Origin: Chloroflexota bacterium
Lineage (GTDB): Bacteria; Chloroflexota; Dehalococcoidia; SHYD01
Direction of reading: 5' to 3'
Assembly (NCBI GenBank): GCA_016190485.1
Contig: JACPQN010000015.1
Span: forward strand, 1 to 59,277
Length of the DNA: 59,277 nucleotides
Every line of letters begins with the position of its first letter. The stretch's first letter is position 1. The notes beneath the pieces are model-generated. The model did not search any database. It was not told the origin of the DNA and saw only the letters and a list, made by a program, of their open reading frames with translations. Positions 1-11,085 of this stretch are shown piece by piece. The translations under genes and the position numbers were made by a program.

Positions 1-1
1 C

Positions 2-2581
2 ATTTTAAGTAACTTGTCATACAACTACATCTTGTTGCCGGACACGGCCTACACCTGGAGAGTGCAGACCTTGAACCTGAGCAACCAATCCTGGGGCCCC
101 TGGGCTCAGCGCACCTTCCGCACCCGCACCACCTCCAGCGCCACCATCAGTCCCGTGTCGCCCCCGGACGGGGGGGCCGTCAGCACAGCAACGCCCACCC
201 TCACCTGGGCCAACAGCGACAGCAGCATCTTCCTCTACGAGGTGCAGCTCAGCGAGGACCCCACCTTCACCCTGGCGGAGTCGGCCTGCTCCTTCGTCTA
301 CTGGAACGTGATCCACGGCGGGATCACCAAGCCGCTCAACAGCTTCACGGTGCCCGCCAGCCATCCCCTGAGCAACCGGACCAACTACTGGCGGGTGCGC
401 CCCCGCATCCAGGGCGACGGCACGCCGCTGCCCTGGAGCCGCACTTTCAGCTTCACCGTCACCGCGCCCAGCGCCCCAGGGGCGGCTACGCCGACGCCCA
501 CTCCTATCGCCAGCGCCGCGGCGGTGCCCCCTGCGCCGCTGCCCGCCATCGCTTACGTCTCGGTCCAGAATGGCAACTGGGAGGTCTACCTCATGAACCC
601 GGACGGCGGCGGGCAGGTGCGCCTCACCAACGAGCCTGCTACCGACGGTGACCTCACCTGGTCGCCCGACGGGACCAAGCTGGCCTTCACCTCCAACCGC
701 ACCGGCGTCTACCAGATCTACACCATGAACCGGGACGGCACGGAGGTGACTCCCCTCACCGCCAGCACCGCGCTGAACGGCGATCCCGTGTGGTCCCTGG
801 GTGGTGGCATCATCGCCTTTGCCGCCTGCCGGGACGGCAACTCGGAAATCTATGTCATGCGCAACCCCCACGGCACCGAGCAGACTCGCATCACCCGTAA
901 CACTGCCTTCGACGGCGACCCGACCCAGTCTCCCGATGGCTCCAGGATCGCCTTTGTGTCCCAGCGTGACGGCATCTTTGAGATCTACGCCATGAACGCC
1001 GACGGCTCCGGCCTGACCCGGCTGACCACCTCGGTGCCCGGGGTGAGCAACGGCGACCCCTCCTGGTCGCCCGATGGCACCCGCATCGCCTTCACCTCGG
1101 ACCGGACGGGCAACTGGGAGATCTACACCATGCGGCCCGGCGGCTCCGATGTGCGGCAGCTCACCAATAACAAAGCCGTGGACGGCGATCCCGCCTGGTC
1201 ACCGGACAGCCAGCGCATCATCTTCTTCTCCGACCGGGACGGCAACAAGGAGATCTACGTCATGAACGCGGACGGGTCGGGCCAGACCCGCCTGACCTTC
1301 AACACCTGGGACGACTTCGAGCCGGTCTGGTGGGGGCCGGAGCTGTCGGCTGTGGTGGCTCGCATGGCGCCCGGCGGCGGTGGTGGTGGGGCGCCGCCGT
1401 CTCCGCCACCCTCCCCCCTGCCGCCGCCTCCGCTCCCCATCACCGGCGGCGCGGCTCCCGCCGCAGGCCAGGTGGCCGGCCCCGCTACGGCTCTGGCCAG
1501 CGCCAGCTTCGCTCCTGGCACGGGCGGCGCCCTCCGCTCGGGAGACTACTCCATCTCCGTACCGGCGGGAGTGACCGGCCAAGCTGGCGTCGTCGCAGTG
1601 CAGGTGGCCCCCATTACGGGAGAGGTCCCCGCGCCGGCCGCGGGCACAGTCCTGGCGGGACAGGCCTTCGAGCTGGGACTATCTGTCGCGGGACAGTGGG
1701 TGCCTGACCAGCTCCAGCGCCCCCTCCAGATCAGCTTCCCTCTGGACCCGGCCAGCCTGGCGGCCGCGGGTGGACTTCCCCAGAACTTCGCCCTGGCCTT
1801 CCTGGACGAGGCGACGGGGCGTTGGCAGATCCTTCCCACCATCTGCTCCGCACAGGCCTGCACTGCGGAAGTGCACCATCTCTCCACCTTCGCGCTACTG
1901 GTGACCATTCCTACTCCCACGGCGACCTATCCTGGGGACGCCACCACGGTGTACTACCTTGGCCCGCGGCTCGCCTGGCAGACGGAGGGCAATGTCACCC
2001 AGTACCACGTCCAACTCGCCCCCACCGGCTTCGACGGGCCGGCCATAGACCTCATCGTCTCCGATCCTGCCGCCGGCGCGGCCGCCTACTTCGATGTTCC
2101 CGCCCCGGTCATGGGCAGCGGCCCCTATATCATGCTGCCAGGGACGACCTACGCCTGGCGCGTGCGCACCTCCACCTTTGGGGGGACGCTGCCGGCCGAC
2201 AGCCCCGGATGGAGTCGCTGGTCGGCGGCCCGCACCTTCTCGACCAACCAGCCCGTGGGCTGGGGCATCAGCGCGGTGGCGCCGCGCACCGGAGGCCTGG
2301 CGGACAGCGCCACGCCGACGCTGCGCTGGACGGACCAGTTCGCCTTCTACTTCTTCTACGAGCTGCAGATGAGCCAGGACCCCCGCTTCGGCCCTGATAG
2401 CTTTCTCTACTGGGAGCAGCGGCACGGCGGGATGACTGAACCGCTGAACAGCTATTCGGTGCCCCCAGAGTTCCCACTGACTCCCAACACGACCTACTAC
2501 TGGCGGGTGCGGCCATGGGTGCCGCCTGCGAGTCCCGCCTCCGGATGGTCCGAGACCTTCAGTCTCAGGACACCTGGATAA
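2..2581 (+). CDS. PD40/TolB-like beta-propeller repeat protein with flanking Fn3/Ig-like repeats (probably 5' partial)
   Basis: About six WSPDG..IAF.S.R.G..EIY.M repeats; two copies of a YxWRVR/PTLxW module at the N- and C-termini; Pro/Gly-rich linkers. The frame is open to the window edge. Confidence 0.8.
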   Translation: MLSNLSYNYILLPDTAYTWRVQTLNLSNQSWGPWAQRTFRTRTTSSATISPVSPPDGGAVSTATPTLTWANSDSSIFLYEVQLSEDPTFTLAESACSFVYWNVIHGGITKPLNSFTVPASHPLSNRTNYWRVRPRIQGDGTPLPWSRTFSFTVTAPSAPGAATPTPTPIASAAAVPPAPLPAIAYVSVQNGNWEVYLMNPDGGGQVRLTNEPATDGDLTWSPDGTKLAFTSNRTGVYQIYTMNRDGTEVTPLTASTALNGDPVWSLGGGIIAFAACRDGNSEIYVMRNPHGTEQTRITRNTAFDGDPTQSPDGSRIAFVSQRDGIFEIYAMNADGSGLTRLTTSVPGVSNGDPSWSPDGTRIAFTSDRTGNWEIYTMRPGGSDVRQLTNNKAVDGDPAWSPDSQRIIFFSDRDGNKEIYVMNADGSGQTRLTFNTWDDFEPVWWGPELSAVVARMAPGGGGGGAPPSPPPSPLPPPPLPITGGAAPAAGQVAGPATALASASFAPGTGGALRSGDYSISVPAGVTGQAGVVAVQVAPITGEVPAPAAGTVLAGQAFELGLSVAGQWVPDQLQRPLQISFPLDPASLAAAGGLPQNFALAFLDEATGRWQILPTICSAQACTAEVHHLSTFALLVTIPTPTATYPGDATTVYYLGPRLAWQTEGNVTQYHVQLAPTGFDGPAIDLIVSDPAAGAAAYFDVPAPVMGSGPYIMLPGTTYAWRVRTSTFGGTLPADSPGWSRWSAARTFSTNQPVGWGISAVAPRTGGLADSATPTLRWTDQFAFYFFYELQMSQDPRFGPDSFLYWEQRHGGMTEPLNSYSVPPEFPLTPNTTYYWRVRPWVPPASPASGWSETFSLRTPG

Positions 2582-2650
2582 CACCCCTTGTGAGTGTTCC
2601 TCAAACGGCTTTGGGAGGCTCTCAAGACCCTCCATCCGCACCCGCTGCGG

Positions 2651-2680
2651 TTGACAGGGCCAAGCCCGCGCAGGTAGAAT
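2651..2680 (+). promoter_or_regulatory. sigma70-type promoter
   Basis: TTGACA-N18-TAGAAT, 70 nt upstream of the 2751 ATG. Confidence 0.65.
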
Positions 2681-2750
2681 CGAATAGTGTGTAACGCCTG
2701 CGGCGGGTCAGGTTTCGGCGCGCCGGCGGGGACGCACGAGGAGAAGAAGC

Positions 2751-3746
2751 ATGGCGCACTACAGCAAGGGTGAGGCCAAGGAGTGGGCGCGGGAGCACCT
2801 CCGGGGCCAATGGACCACCCTGGTGACTCCATTCACCCCCGACGACGAAGTTGACGAAGCCGGCCTGAGAAACAACATCCGGCACATCCGCTCCCTGGGC
2901 ACGCGCGGCGCAGGGTGCTCCTGGAACATGGGCGAGTTCTGGAGCCTGACCCGGGAAGAGCGGCGACGGGTCATGGAGGTCCTCGCCGACGAGGCGGGCG
3001 GCCAGTGGCCCATTGCGGCCCAGGTGACCCACACCTCCTACAAAGAGGCCATCGCCCTGGCCAAGCACGTGGAGGCCCTGGGCTACGACCTGCTGATCCT
3101 GGGACCACCCTACATCGTCACCAAGACGGAGCAGCAGGTCATCGCCTTCACCCGGGCGGTGGCGGAGCAGGCCTCCCTGGGCATCATGTTCTACAACTCG
3201 CCCCAGTTCGGCATCGTCATGAGCGCCCAGGGGCTGCAGGAGCTGTGTCGCATCCCCAACGTGGTAGGGGTTAAAGAGGCCAGCTTTAACCAGCAGATCT
3301 CCATCGACACTCACCTGTTGGTGGGCAAAGAGGCAGTCATCAGCACGCCCGACGAGTGGATCTTCGCCAAAGGCAAGGAGCTGGGATTCCACCAGCAGGT
3401 CATGTTCGCCAACACCTCCGACTGGCGCTTCGACGTGCCAGGCCGCACCCACTACGTGGACTTTGTGAACCGGGCCTGTGCTGGCGCCCTGGACCCGGAC
3501 TTCTATGCCAAGCACCTGCGCCCCGTGAAGGAGCTCTCGGACCAGTGGTGGCGCGCCACCGTCCAGAAGTTCAGCGGCGTGCTGCCGGTGTCCCTCTGCA
3601 AGTACTGGGGCCAGCTCCAGGGCATGGCGGGAGGCCACGTGCGTCTGCCCCTGATGGATCTCACGCCGGAGGAGAAGGCCCAGCTCAAGCAGGAGTTGGA
3701 CGCGGCGCAGGCGCCCATGCTGGTGGCCGGGGGTGAACGCCGATGA
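2751..3746 (+). CDS. DapA/N-acetylneuraminate-lyase family class I aldolase (not canonical DapA)
   Basis: LVTPF..D.EVD, FYNSP and Schiff-base GVKEAS motifs; WNMGE replaces GTTGE; GAGGAG RBS. Confidence 0.85.
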   Translation: MAHYSKGEAKEWAREHLRGQWTTLVTPFTPDDEVDEAGLRNNIRHIRSLGTRGAGCSWNMGEFWSLTREERRRVMEVLADEAGGQWPIAAQVTHTSYKEAIALAKHVEALGYDLLILGPPYIVTKTEQQVIAFTRAVAEQASLGIMFYNSPQFGIVMSAQGLQELCRIPNVVGVKEASFNQQISIDTHLLVGKEAVISTPDEWIFAKGKELGFHQQVMFANTSDWRFDVPGRTHYVDFVNRACAGALDPDFYAKHLRPVKELSDQWWRATVQKFSGVLPVSLCKYWGQLQGMAGGHVRLPLMDLTPEEKAQLKQELDAAQAPMLVAGGERR

Positions 3747-4723
3747 TCCTCATGGTGAGCGTCCAGAACCTGCCCGAGGCCCTGGAGGCCGCCAGGGGCG
3801 GCGCAGACATCGTGGACGTCAAGAACCTCCAGGAGGCCCTGGTGGGCTCTGCCCACCCCCTGGTGGCCAGAGAGGTGCGGGCCGCCATAGACCCGGACAA
3901 GCATGTGAGCATTACCCTGGGCGTGGTGCCCAACCAGGACGGCACCGTGGCCATGGCGGTCTACGCGGCGGGGCAGCTCCACGCCACCTCGGTGAAGGTG
4001 GGCTTCATGAACACGGACTACCAGCAGGCCGCGGCCACCCTGCGGGCCTCCCGCCGCGCGCTGGAAGGCACCGAGACCAAGCTCATCGGCTCCCTCTTTG
4101 CCGACAACCCCCTGTACGACGGGCTGGACCCCCGCCTCATGGTGAAGCTGGCCAAAGAGGGGGAGTGCGACGGCTTTCTCATCGACACCCTGACCAAGGA
4201 CGGGCGCAACCTCTTCGACTTCATGCCCGAAGACCTGCTACGGGACATGGTCTTTGAGGGCAAAGAGGCGGGCAGGAGCACGGCCCTCTCCGGCCATCTC
4301 CGCATCGAGGACCTGGACGAGCTGGCCCGCATCAACCCGGACATCGTAGGCGTGCGGGGCGCCGTGTGCCAGAAGGGCGACCGCGCCACCGCAGTGGCCT
4401 GGGAGGCCGTGGCCGAGTTCAAGCGCCAGGTGGAGCTGCGCAAGAGCGGCGAGATCAACGTCTTCGGCAGCGCCCGGGTGGGCGTCAACGGCCACAGCAA
4501 CGGCTGGGTGGTCATCGACGGGCGGGGCAAGAGCTGCGCCGGCATCATCGCCGCCCTCACCGCGCAGGTGGAGAAGGACCGCAGCGCCCTCATCGAGGTA
4601 CTCATCCCCGACGTGCTGAACATCTACGACCTCATCGTCTGGTCGCAGAAGCGGGGCCACCGGCTCCTGAGCCAGCGCAAAGAGACGGATAGCAGCACGG
4701 TGCGGGTGCTGGTGCAGCCGTAA
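3743..4723 (+). CDS. mfnB: (5-formylfuran-3-yl)methyl phosphate synthase-like protein (DUF556) fused to a C-terminal TusA/SirA-like domain
   Basis: LMVSV...EA..A..GGADIVDVKN, IDTLTKDG and PDIVGVRGAVC motifs; C-terminal ~70 aa IDGRGKSC...IEVL...W..RGH resembles TusA; ATGA overlap with the upstream gene. Confidence 0.8.
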   Translation: MILMVSVQNLPEALEAARGGADIVDVKNLQEALVGSAHPLVAREVRAAIDPDKHVSITLGVVPNQDGTVAMAVYAAGQLHATSVKVGFMNTDYQQAAATLRASRRALEGTETKLIGSLFADNPLYDGLDPRLMVKLAKEGECDGFLIDTLTKDGRNLFDFMPEDLLRDMVFEGKEAGRSTALSGHLRIEDLDELARINPDIVGVRGAVCQKGDRATAVAWEAVAEFKRQVELRKSGEINVFGSARVGVNGHSNGWVVIDGRGKSCAGIIAALTAQVEKDRSALIEVLIPDVLNIYDLIVWSQKRGHRLLSQRKETDSSTVRVLVQP

Positions 4724-4753
4724 GCTGTCTCACTGCAATCCGAAGGGCGAAGG

Positions 4754-4783
4754 GCAGGCCACCGCGCTAGCGCGGTGGCCTGC
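4754..4783. terminator. perfect 30-bp palindrome between convergent genes
   Basis: GCAGGCCACCGCGCTAGCGCGGTGGCCTGC. Confidence 0.65.
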
Positions 4784-4819
4784 TCGGTTCTTGGGGCAAA
4801 GAGGACAGGGAAACAGTGA

Positions 4820-5638
4820 TTACTGGGGAATCCTCAGTCGAGCACCCCCTTCTGTTGAATAGCCATGGCCGTACTCCCAGGTCAGTCTCAGGCCCACCAA
4901 GTCATGCGGCGTTTTCACATGGATCCCTAGCGAGTGTAAATCTTCCAAGAAATCACCAAGTTGCCCGCTGTCTGCTTTGAGCCATAATTGATCAGGGAAG
5001 AAAGGATCGCTGCCTTCGGGGTGCTCAGGATCGAACACGTCGATAGCCAGCCATAAGACCCTGCCTTCAGGATAGACTTGCACCCTCCTTACTACACCTT
5101 CGTAGGATACTTCTCTAGTAAAGTGCAGCGGACTAAAGGAGATACGGAAGGTAGGGTCAAGAGCCGCTTCGAAACGCTCCGTAAACTCACGATAGTCAAC
5201 AACAAAATCTAGCTCTTCCAACAATCGCCTTACGGTAAAGACCTCGATACCTGCGGACTCTAACAGCGGGACAAGGTCAGAGTCACCTTTCAAGTCGTCG
5301 TCCCGGGTTACCAGTGTGTTGGCCCGCCCTGAGGCTGCCGTCTCGAGAACCATGTCGTCATCTGGGTCGCGGCAGAGCCGCAGTGCGCCGGTCACCGGGA
5401 CTACCGTAGCACGCCGGCGCAGACGGGAGATCAGGGCTCGCGCAGTAGCTCTGGTCACGTGGTACTTTCGGGCGATTCGTGGCCGCGCCAGGACTTCTGA
5501 CAATTCCGTAAACAGGGGTTCACTGGCTATCAGGACGAACTTGCTCGCCTCGAGCGCAGCAAGCACGCGTGCCGGATACCCCTCTGGGTTCAATAAGGCC
5601 GAGACCCAGACGTTGGTATCAACGACGACTCGACGCAC
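4820..5638 (-). CDS. PIN-domain TA toxin with a ~130-aa C-terminal extension
   Basis: VVVDTNVWVSAL, CRDPDDD.VLE.A and LVTRD.DL PIN motifs; overlaps the antitoxin gene. Confidence 0.85.
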   Translation of the reverse strand: MRRVVVDTNVWVSALLNPEGYPARVLAALEASKFVLIASEPLFTELSEVLARPRIARKYHVTRATARALISRLRRRATVVPVTGALRLCRDPDDDMVLETAASGRANTLVTRDDDLKGDSDLVPLLESAGIEVFTVRRLLEELDFVVDYREFTERFEAALDPTFRISFSPLHFTREVSYEGVVRRVQVYPEGRVLWLAIDVFDPEHPEGSDPFFPDQLWLKADSGQLGDFLEDLHSLGIHVKTPHDLVGLRLTWEYGHGYSTEGGARLRIPQ

Positions 5639-5903
5639 GGTGTACCTTGCGAACCTCTTCCCGTGCTACGACAATGTCAGCTTCCACGCTTTCTGACGGC
5701 ACGTTTCTTCGCTGTCTCTTCAGAACCCTGGCTTTGAAGTCTTCCAGGCGTTCTCGCCAAAGTGCCTGATCGGGCTCCTGGGTGGAAATGTACGTGTCAA
5801 TTGCCCGTCGTACCAACTCAGCCAAGCTGCATCTCTGTTCCGCCGCCATGTGCTTAAGGGCGCGAACTTGTTCCTCATCGAGATAAACATTCGTTCTGTA
5901 CAC
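5619..5903 (-). CDS. CopG/RHH-family antitoxin
   Basis: RTNVYL.EEQ..AL...A.....SLAELVRRAID; GTG start at 5903 after AGAGGTGA; TATAC-N8-GTATA inverted repeat upstream (~5927-5944). Confidence 0.8.
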   Translation of the reverse strand: MYRTNVYLDEEQVRALKHMAAEQRCSLAELVRRAIDTYISTQEPDQALWRERLEDFKARVLKRQRRNVPSESVEADIVVAREEVRKVHRASSRR

Positions 5904-6062
5904 TTCGCTCACCTCTTTAGTCACATTATACATCATGGGGTATATACTATCAAGGTGTGCGGGCAGTTGGCAGGATTGCCCGTCTGGTGGGTGCGCGGGA
6001 TAGGGATAAGCAAGGCCGGGCTCCTGAGCGCCCGGCCTCTTGCTGTACCGTGTGTGAGTGGG

Positions 6063-7292
6063 CTAGGAGAGCCGCCCTGCCTCCTCTTTGGCCGTGCGGC
6101 CGATGCCGATGCGACGGGCGATGATCAGCTTCTGGATGTCCGTAGTGCCGCCGGGGTGGACGTTGATGATCCCCGAGCGCTGCTGCGACTCGATGTGCCC
6201 GTCGGCGATGCGGTACTCCGCGTCGGTGGTCAGGGCCTGGTAGCCCAGGAGCTGGCCCATGAGATGGGTCATGCGGAGGCCCGCGGTCTTGCGCATGTAG
6301 GAGGACTGGGAGCCTTCGTAGGAGCGGGGCTTCCTGGCGTGGGCCAGGTAGAAGTTCCGCATACCAAGCAGGCGGGTGATCTCGTTATCGGTCTGAATGT
6401 CCGCCAGCACGTCCCTGGCATCGGGGTCTTCCGCCAAGTGGCGCCCATCCCGCTGGGCCGTCTCGATGTACTTCCAGAACTCCCGCTCGAAGGCGTTACG
6501 GACGATGCGCCCGCCGCCGCCGTGCTCCAGTTCCAGGTGGGTGCTGGCTACCCGCCAGCCCTGGTTCTCTCCGCCGATGAGGTTGAAGGCGGGGACTCGC
6601 ACGCTGTCCAAATATATATCGTTCTTGTGTCCTTCGGGGTTGCCGTCCTCGCCCCGGGAGCCCAGCAGCTCCATGGGGATGATGGTGACGCCCGGGGAGT
6701 TGGCCGGAATGATGAACCAGCTCACGTTCTCGTGGCGCGGCGCCTTGGGGTCGGTGACGGCGATGGTCCACATCCAGTCCACGCCGTGGGCTGCCCCGAT
6801 GAAGGTCTTGTGGCCGTTGAGGACGTACTCGTCGCCGTCCTTCACGGCGGAGGACTTGACGCTGGCCAGGTCGGAGCCTACTTCTGGCTCGGTGAGGCAC
6901 TGGAAGGTTACCACCTCGCCCTTGAGCATGGGCGGGAGAAAAGCCTTCTTCTGCTCGTCGCTGCCCCACACCAGCACGCTGGGCGCCACCAGGGTGGCGC
7001 TATCGTGGTAGGGCGGGGAGTGGAGCCCCAGGCTGTCCAGCTCTTCGGCGATGATGATGGCCTGGTCCATGCTCAGGCCGCCGCCGCCGTACTCCCTTGG
7101 CATGGTGGGCCAGAGCCAGCCCTTGGCCCCCAGGCGGCGGGCCAGCACCCGGCGCTGCTCCCACTCCTGCTGAGGGTGCTCCTCGACCCGGGGCGAGCGG
7201 CTGATGCCCGCGGGAACATTGGCCTGAAGCCATGCCCGCACGTCCTGGCGGAAGGCCTCCTGATCAGGCGTATACGAAAGCTCGAACTCCAT
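6063..7292 (-). CDS. acyl-CoA dehydrogenase family protein
   Basis: P.EYGGGG, LTEPEVGSDLAS, LNGHKTF, IGGENQGW and GGTTDIQK.IIAR motifs. Confidence 0.92.
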   Translation of the reverse strand: MEFELSYTPDQEAFRQDVRAWLQANVPAGISRSPRVEEHPQQEWEQRRVLARRLGAKGWLWPTMPREYGGGGLSMDQAIIIAEELDSLGLHSPPYHDSATLVAPSVLVWGSDEQKKAFLPPMLKGEVVTFQCLTEPEVGSDLASVKSSAVKDGDEYVLNGHKTFIGAAHGVDWMWTIAVTDPKAPRHENVSWFIIPANSPGVTIIPMELLGSRGEDGNPEGHKNDIYLDSVRVPAFNLIGGENQGWRVASTHLELEHGGGGRIVRNAFEREFWKYIETAQRDGRHLAEDPDARDVLADIQTDNEITRLLGMRNFYLAHARKPRSYEGSQSSYMRKTAGLRMTHLMGQLLGYQALTTDAEYRIADGHIESQQRSGIINVHPGGTTDIQKLIIARRIGIGRTAKEEAGRLS

Positions 7293-7423
7293 CCTGGCGC
7301 TCCTCCTCTGGGTAGACTGGATGTTGCTGGGCCTGCCGCTTTCCGACAGCGACGACCTGGAGAACCTACCGACAACAGTAACGAGGCTAGCGCGCCCAGT
7401 ATAACAGCCCCGTCAAGGGCTGG

Positions 7424-9079
<1,656 letters not shown>

Positions 9080-9155
9080 TGGCGACCTCTAGGCGGGATG
9101 TTGGCGCTGGCGACGGGCCTGCCGACCCTGCCTGGATTGTAGCACAGAAGAAGGC

Positions 9156-9181
9156 AGGGGCACCTCCGTGGAGGCGCCCCT
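9156..9181 (-). terminator. hairpin terminator after SBP-1
   Basis: AGGGGCACCTCC-GT-GGAGGCGCCCCT, followed by a pyrimidine run on the minus strand. Confidence 0.6.
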
Positions 9182-9201
9182 GTGCTCCGGCTTCCTGGAA
9201 G

Positions 9202-10839
9202 CTATTTGTCGAACCAGACCTGCTTCCAGTGGCGGTTGCTGTAGCTGCTGGGCGCGGTGACGTACCCCTTGACGTAGTTCCAGTGCGCGCTCTGGGACTC
9301 GCTCCAGGCAAGGATGATCTTGATCCCCAGGGGCACGGCATACCGCTCCAGGTCCCACACGTACTGCTTGCGCTTCTCCGGATCCAGCTCCTGGGACTGC
9401 CGCACGAAGAGGTCGGTAACCTTCTGGTCGCAGATACCTGAGTAGTCTCGCGGCGCGCGGCACATGTAGAGCTCCGTGTAGTGGGCGTCCGGGTCATCCA
9501 AAGCCAGCCCGTGGCCCCAGGGCAGCAGATCAAACTCTCGCTTCACGGCCGCGTCGTAGGCTGGGCCGGAGTCGAGGATCTTCATGGGGGCACTGACCCC
9601 GATCTGTTTGAGCTGGTCAGTAACGTAGATCGCCAGGTTCTCAGATCCCTTGCGGACCGTCATGGAGGTTTCGAAGCCGCTGGGATAGCCGGCGTCCGCC
9701 AGGAGTTTCTTGGCCTCCCTGCGGTTGGCCTCGACGTCTGGCCCGTACCCGGGCAGCTTGGCCAACTCCGCTTGAGGCAGGGCATAGGGACTTGAAGGAG
9801 GAACGTAGCCCCCGAGCAGCCCCAGCCCGTACTGGATGGCTTTGATGAACCCGGGCCGATCGATAGCCAGGCTTATGGCCTTTCGTACCCGAAGATCGTC
9901 GAAGGGCCTGCGGTCCGCGTTCATGTTCAGGGTGGACCACCCGATCCCTGCTTGCTTTGGCTGGACGAGGATCTTCCCGGTCATGGTCTTCTCTAGTTCC
10001 TCTACCTGCAGGGCGTTGGGCCCGTACACATCGAGGTTTCCCGTGCGAAAGGCAGCAAAACGGGTCCCCTCGTCGGCAATAACGAAGGCCTTGACGCCGT
10101 CCAGGTAGGGCACCCCCTTCTGCCAGTAGTCCGGGTTCCGCTCCATCTCGATGCTGGTCCCCCGGATGTACTCCTTAAACCGGTAGGCCCCGGTCCCCAT
10201 GATCTCCTTTTCCATGATCTTGTGGCCCTTAGGTTCTACGAAGGTCTTGCTGTAGATACCCATCCAACCTTGGGCCAGCATAGGCAGCAGCGCTGCATAG
10301 GGGCGGCTAAGGACGACCTGCACCGTATGCTCATCCGGGGTTTCGATCCGTTCGATGGGCTGCAGGTTGTCCCGTCGGGTGCTTACCTGCCCCTTCGGCG
10401 GGTTTCTGACCCAGTCCAGGCTGAACTTCACGTCCGCCGAGGTGAAGGGATCACCGTTGTGGAACTTGACCCCCTTGTGGAGATAGAAGGTGACCTCCTT
10501 GCCATCTTTGCTGACCTCCCAGCGCTCCGCCAGATCAGGGATGATCTTGCTGTACTCGTAGGGGTGAAAGATCATCAGGTTGTTGTAGGCGGACCAGGTA
10601 AACTGGTGCATGGCGTAAGTGGAGTTGGAGTAGAGATCGAAATTGGGCGGATCGTCCGTCTGCCAGAGCCGGAACACGCCGCCGTACTTGGGCTGGCCCT
10701 GCGTGGGAAAGGGCGCGACGCCCGTGGGCTGATCGGGCTGGGGGCGTGGCGCCTCCGCGGCGGGCGCACAGGCCAGGAGCAAGAGACATAACAGGACGAC
10801 GCTGCCCAGCAATGCGCTGGCGGCCCCTCTGCTCTTCAT
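9202..10839 (-). CDS. ABC transporter family-5 (peptide/nickel-type) substrate-binding lipoprotein
   Basis: Lipobox LLAC; PDLAERWEVS.DG, GVKFHNG.PFT..DVKFS and PFDD.RVRKA motifs. Confidence 0.92.
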   Translation of the reverse strand: MKSRGAASALLGSVVLLCLLLLACAPAAEAPRPQPDQPTGVAPFPTQGQPKYGGVFRLWQTDDPPNFDLYSNSTYAMHQFTWSAYNNLMIFHPYEYSKIIPDLAERWEVSKDGKEVTFYLHKGVKFHNGDPFTSADVKFSLDWVRNPPKGQVSTRRDNLQPIERIETPDEHTVQVVLSRPYAALLPMLAQGWMGIYSKTFVEPKGHKIMEKEIMGTGAYRFKEYIRGTSIEMERNPDYWQKGVPYLDGVKAFVIADEGTRFAAFRTGNLDVYGPNALQVEELEKTMTGKILVQPKQAGIGWSTLNMNADRRPFDDLRVRKAISLAIDRPGFIKAIQYGLGLLGGYVPPSSPYALPQAELAKLPGYGPDVEANRREAKKLLADAGYPSGFETSMTVRKGSENLAIYVTDQLKQIGVSAPMKILDSGPAYDAAVKREFDLLPWGHGLALDDPDAHYTELYMCRAPRDYSGICDQKVTDLFVRQSQELDPEKRKQYVWDLERYAVPLGIKIILAWSESQSAHWNYVKGYVTAPSSYSNRHWKQVWFDK

Positions 10840-10966
10840 GGTTACCCTCCTTATATACTCTCAGGACTTAGGCCCAGCCCCGTCCTGCCCTCACCGCTGC
10901 GGCGTGCCAGCCTCCACTGGCTTATGAAATTACTATATAGTACGCCGCTCTATAGGATAATACAAT
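10840..10966 (-). promoter_or_regulatory. promoter plus conserved 5' leader, copy 1
   Basis: TTGTAT (10965-10960)-N17-TACTAT (10942-10937); near-identical to 12721-12846; AAGGAGG RBS. Confidence 0.7.
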
Positions 10967-11032
10967 AGGCACGGGTCTCAAGCCGCTTGGATCGGCCACC
11001 GCTGGCGGTCTCACCAGGCGGAGACAAACGAG

Positions 11033-11059
11033 GTGGGGCGTCCCTCGGGACGCCCCACC
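11033..11059 (-). terminator. hairpin terminator after SBP-2
   Basis: GTGGGGCGTCCC-TC-GGGACGCCCCAC. Confidence 0.65.
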
Positions 11060-11085
11060 GACGGTCTACGGGTGAGTAGCTATCG

